The position numbers and the translations under genes were made by a program. The notes under the pieces are model-generated. The model was not told where the DNA came from and ran no database searches. It worked only from the letters and a program-made list of their open reading frames with translations. A stretch of DNA of 64,000 nucleotides from Cyanophora paradoxa CCMP329 (Eukaryota > Plantae > Glaucophyta), in assembly GCA_004431415.1 (NCBI GenBank), contig QPMI01000039.1, positions 558,001 through 622,000 on the forward strand, in the 5' to 3' direction. Positions 59,942 through 64,000 of the stretch are shown here, piece by piece. Position 1 is the stretch's first letter. Every line of letters begins with the position of its first letter.

Positions 59942-62354
59942 ATGGACTTCTTCAAAGCGATCAGCGACTTCTTCTCCGGCGACAGTGCCGCCGCCCCGCG
60001 AGCGCAGGTGCGCCGAAGTCGCTAAGTTGTCACACCGCCATCCTCATTGCGATTCCACTGTCCCAGGGCCCGGCGGACGCGGCGGAGTACGACTTCGACC
60101 TGTTCCTCTCGCACAAGCAGACGACCGGCGGTGACCTCGCCGGCCGCATCAAAGTCGAAGTGCGTCACCGCACGCGGCCATGGCCAGCGCGCGCTCGCCC
60201 CGTCCTTACGAGCTCCGCGGGCGCAGCTGGAGGCGCTTCGCCCCGGGATCCGCGTCTTCCTCGACGCCGACGCGCTCGGCGATATCCACGACCTCGCAGC
60301 GATCATCCGAAAGACGCGCTGCTTCGTCCTCCTCCTCACCCCGGGTGCGCCCCCCTTCCATCCCGGCCCTCCAGTCGGGGCCCACCGCCGCCCACGCGCG
60401 CTTGCGCCGCAGAGTGGCTGGAGAGCATGTTCGTGCTGCGGGAGCTCGCGGCGGCCGTCCGCTCGCAGCGCCGCATCCTCGTCGTGTGGGACCGCGAGCG
60501 CCTCCCCAACTTCCCCCAAAGTGCCCCCGCCCCCCCCTCAGCTGCCCGCTCCCCGGCCGCTGAGGCGCCGCCAGTCGACTCGCGGACGGCGCTGCCGCGC
60601 ATCGACGAGATGCATGACGCGGAGCTGCGCTGGACGCTGCAGCGCGTCCTCATGATCAAGGCCCGCCCGCCTGTTCCGCCTCGCCCCGCTGGCCCCGCCC
60701 CGCCTCGAGCCCAGCGCAGGCGGTGCAGTACATGCGGGAGCGGGCGCTGCGAGAGGCGGCGCTGCGGGAGATCCTCGAGCGCTGCGACGCCGCGCAGCCC
60801 TTCCGCATGGACGGCGAGCCGCCGGCCGCCGCCGCCGCCGCCCCGGGGCCCATCAACCACGGGGCCGGCCGGCCCGCGAACACGGCGCAGGTCGGCCCGC
60901 CACGCCCCCGCGTGTCTAGGACCCTCCGCTCACCAGAGCAGCAGGGGGCGGGGGCGGGCGGGGCTGGGGCGGCACGCCCGCCCCCGCCCCCGCAGCTGCC
61001 GCCGGGCTGGAGCGTTGCCCAGACCCCCGACGGGCGCACGGTCCGCCCTTCCCCCGCTCCCCCGCTCGCTTCTCCCCCTCGCTGAGGCCGCCGCGGGCAG
61101 TACTACTGGCACGAGGCGACGAACGAGACGCAGGCGAGCCGCCGGCGCTCTACAGCTCGACGCCGCTGCCCTGGGCTGTGCGGCTGACTGCGGCCCCGCA
61201 GTGGGAGCGCCCCACACCGCCAGCCCCGCCGCCCCCGCCGGGCCCTGCCGGCCCCCAGCGCCAGGCCGCCCCCGCCGCGGTGTGCTGGGGTTGCAATAGC
61301 CTTCCCAGCGGGAAGCAGCTGCGTTCTGACCGGCGCCACGCGTAGGCGGCCGGTGCAGGGGAGATTCTGGTGCGGCCGGGGGAGAGCATCGTGGCCGCTG
61401 TGGTGCGGGCCGCCCCAGGGCAGACCGTCCGCGTCCAGCCCGGCCGGTGCACATGTGCCCCGTCCCTGGTCCCGAGCCGCGCCTCGGACCGACGCGGCCC
61501 TGCAGGTACAAGGAGCAGCTGGTGCTGGACAAGGATGTGCACATTCACGGGTCGCGGGAGGCCGTCCTCGAGTGGGACCAGGACGTCACGCTGCACTGCA
61601 AAGGGCCTGCGGCGCCGAGCGTCAAGGGCATCACGATCTGCAACACGGCGCCGGAGGAGCCCGCGGTGTGGATCACGGGCGGGAGCCGGGCGATCGTCGA
61701 GGGCTGCGATGTGTCCAGCTCTGGCAGCAGCGGATTCCAAGTAAAAGACAAGGGGACGGCCCCGACGCTGCGCGGTGGGCGCCCCAGCCCACCCCCGCCC
61801 CCTGCCCTCCGTTTGACCGATTCCGCGCTGCGCAGGGAACGCGGTGCACGATTGCGGCGGGGCGGGCATCATCTTCCACACGTCGGCGAAGGGGGTCGCC
61901 GAGGGCAACGACGTCTACGGCAACGTGAACGCGGGCATCGAGATCAAGACTGGTGCGGACCCCGTCGTCAAAGGCAACAAGGTCCACGATGGCAAGGCGG
62001 GCGGCATCTTCGTGAATGAGAACGGGCGGGGCACGGTCGAGGGCAACGACGTCTACGGCAACGCGCTGGCGGGCATCGAGATCCGGGAGGGCTCGGACCC
62101 CGTCTTCAAGGGCAACCGGTGCGCCCTGGAGCTCCTCTGTGCCTAGTCCCTCCACATCTCCTCCGCCCCTGACACCCGCCCCCCGCAGGGTGCACGACCA
62201 GAAGTACGGGATCTGCGTGCGAGACGGCGGCAAGGGCACCATTTCTGGGAACACGCTCGAGCGCATCTCGGACCCGTCCTACGCGCCCTGCAGCGGCGTG
62301 AAGGTCCTCGACGGCTGCACCCCGGCCGTGCAGGGGAACACGTTCCGCCAGTAG
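59942..62354 (+). CDS. TIR domain + WW domain + right-handed beta-helix (PbH1/CASH) protein
   Basis: Spliced in frame. TIR: YDFDLFLSHKQTTGGDLAGRIKVE|LEALRPGIRVFLDADAL..CFVLLLTP|EWLESMFVLRELAAAV..ILVVW. WW: LPPGWSVAQTPDGRT|YYWHEATNETQ|WERP. The beta-helix runs to VQGNTFRQ* (TAG 62352-62354). Confidence 0.88.
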
Positions 62355-62767
62355 CGCTTGAATTGTGTTTGTCCTAGCTATGGTTGAATTGTGTGAAGTC
62401 CTCCGGGCGCCGGCTCGAATCCAGGCAAGGCCGACTCGGAGAGAGCGAGCCCGATGCCAATCGCTATGGCGCGGATCGCGAACGACGTCGACGGCCGCGG
62501 TCATGGCCGACGGCTGGAGAGGAGCACGCTGCAATACGCGGAATCGGCGGGGCCGCGAACTCCAAGCCGCCAGCGCACCCGGCCGATGAGAAGAGTCGCC
62601 CGCGCCTCGACCTCGGAGCCCGGAGCCCCGCGGCGAGAGAGGACCGCAGATTCGGTCATATTTCCTATTTGCTAGTTTGTCAAGCGAGAGGCAGCGGTGG
62701 CGTACGCGTGGTCGCCTGGCCGCGCCGCGGCCGGCGGGAGTGGCCGGCCATGGGCGGCCCTGGTCGC

Positions 62768-64000
62768 CTAGATCAGCCTAATTATAAGCCATCAGACGCC
62801 GTTGCGGCAGCGCGCCTTGGCGCTGACGGTTCTGAACGCTGACAAGCATGGGCCAAGGTCGCGTCAGTCTGCGGTGGCGGCGGCACACACTTGGCCAAGT
62901 CCACGACCGTCGTGGGCATCGGCTCCCGCGGCCAGCTTGAGCTGGGCGACACATTCGATGGTGCCTATGCGCCGCCTGCCGGCGCCTGGCCCCTCCGCCC
63001 CGCGCGCCGCCCCGCGCGCGCCTTGGCCCCCAGCATGACAACCGGGGACAGTACTAGTCTGCTGCGGTGCTGGCGGCGGCATGCACCTGGCAAAGTCCAC
63101 GACCATCGTGGGCATCGGCTCCCGCGGGCAGCTCGAGCTGGGCGACGCATCCGATGGTGCAATGCGCCGCCCCGCGCGCCGCCCCGCGCGCGTCTTGCAT
63201 TGGCCCCCGTGCCGCTAACATGGAGCGCGCGCCCTCTGCCTCAGTGTCGCCGAGCGACCACGAGGCGCGGAAAGAGAGCGCGCGGGGAGAGAAAGCCCCC
63301 GACGGCCCGGCCGCGAGCAAGTACAAGAGCCTCAGAAGGCGGCCCTCCTCGTGCGCTGCCCCGCAGTGCTCCGGCCCGCGCCGCCCGCGCCGCGCCGCGC
63401 CGCGCCGCGGCGGCCGACGGGCGCCCCGCGCCCCGCAGCATCGCGTTCCTCAAAGCCGAGCTCGGGAACATCAAGACGCTGCAGGGCGAGATCCGCCGCG
63501 TCATCGACGACCTGAGCCACGGTGCCTCGAGCTCGCGCGCGCGGGCGCGCGGGGCGTCGCAGCTAAAGCGACGCCGGGGTGGGGCGGGCAGACGCGGAGG
63601 GGGAGCGGGGCCTGGCGCTGGAGGTGGCGCAGGACGGCGTCCACGCCACCGCCGCCGTGGCGCAGGACGGCGTCCACGCCACCGCCGCCGTGGCGCAGGA
63701 CGGCGTCCACGCCACCGCCACCCTCCTGGGCGGACGGCCGGCGACGCGATGCGCGCCCTGCACGCGATCTGGAGGGGCGGGCGCAAGGTCCCCGCCCGCC
63801 CCCCTCGCCCCTCCCCCGCGCCCCCCGCGATGCGAGGCGCAGCGGGTCTTCGACCTGCTGGGCGGGGACGGCATGCTGTCTCTCTTTCAGATGGCCCGCG
63901 AGGCCTCCCGCGTGCGTCCGGCGGCGCTCGAACCCGCAGGGGGCCGCTTTCTTTCTCTCTGTCCTTAAGAGGCCGCCCGCAGGTGGAGGTGATGGAGAAG
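62768..64000 (+). pseudogene. Decayed duplicate of the 5' part of the 51935 gene (runs off the window)
   Basis: Matches 51861-53150. Exon 1 is present twice with the original start out of frame, there is an internal 33-bp expansion, and sequence matching ~52730-52990 is deleted. Confidence 0.82.
63624..63722 (+). repeat. 33-bp tandem repeat x3
   Basis: GTGGCGCAGGACGGCGTCCACGCCACCGCC(GCC) at 63624, 63657 and 63690. The parent gene has a single copy. Confidence 0.93.

Noticed and set aside
21761-62354. Ubiquitin-system cluster (Kelch-BTB, CUL4, FBXO11-like repeats, WW)
   Set aside because: BTB adaptors use CUL3 rather than CUL4, I saw no F-box, and the genes are interspersed with unrelated ones. 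Probably coincidence.

Overview
Eukaryotic, very GC-rich, intron-dense nuclear DNA. Introns are mostly about 55-100 nt with a CTGAC-like branch point, and many use GC-AG splice sites. The source is a flagellated plastid-bearing alga. Phe-containing transit peptides, cyanobacterial-type genes, EFHC/Rib72 and a U12 intron together suggest a glaucophyte such as Cyanophora (inference). The supplied ORF track is mostly misleading, so I spliced genes by eye and exon boundaries are hand predictions. Recognisable genes: carB (5'-truncated), an LYR-motif protein, a PSI-domain membrane protein, a plastid coiled-coil protein, a Kelch-BTB protein, EFHC1/Rib72-like, an M16 peptidase, a hybrid histidine kinase with two receivers, PTAR1, CUL4, and an N-acylated helical orphan with a decayed duplicate. 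Most notable: (1) a TIR + WW + right-handed beta-helix gene (59942-62354) and a paralogue (5013-7379) that share the beta-helix module but differ in N-terminal domain and repeat number, a candidate modular innate-immune receptor family; (2) an orphan micro-exon gene (12155-13218) whose predicted coiled coil is built from five consecutive 21-nt (one-heptad) phase-0 exons; (3) a textbook AT-AC minor-spliceosome intron in CUL4.
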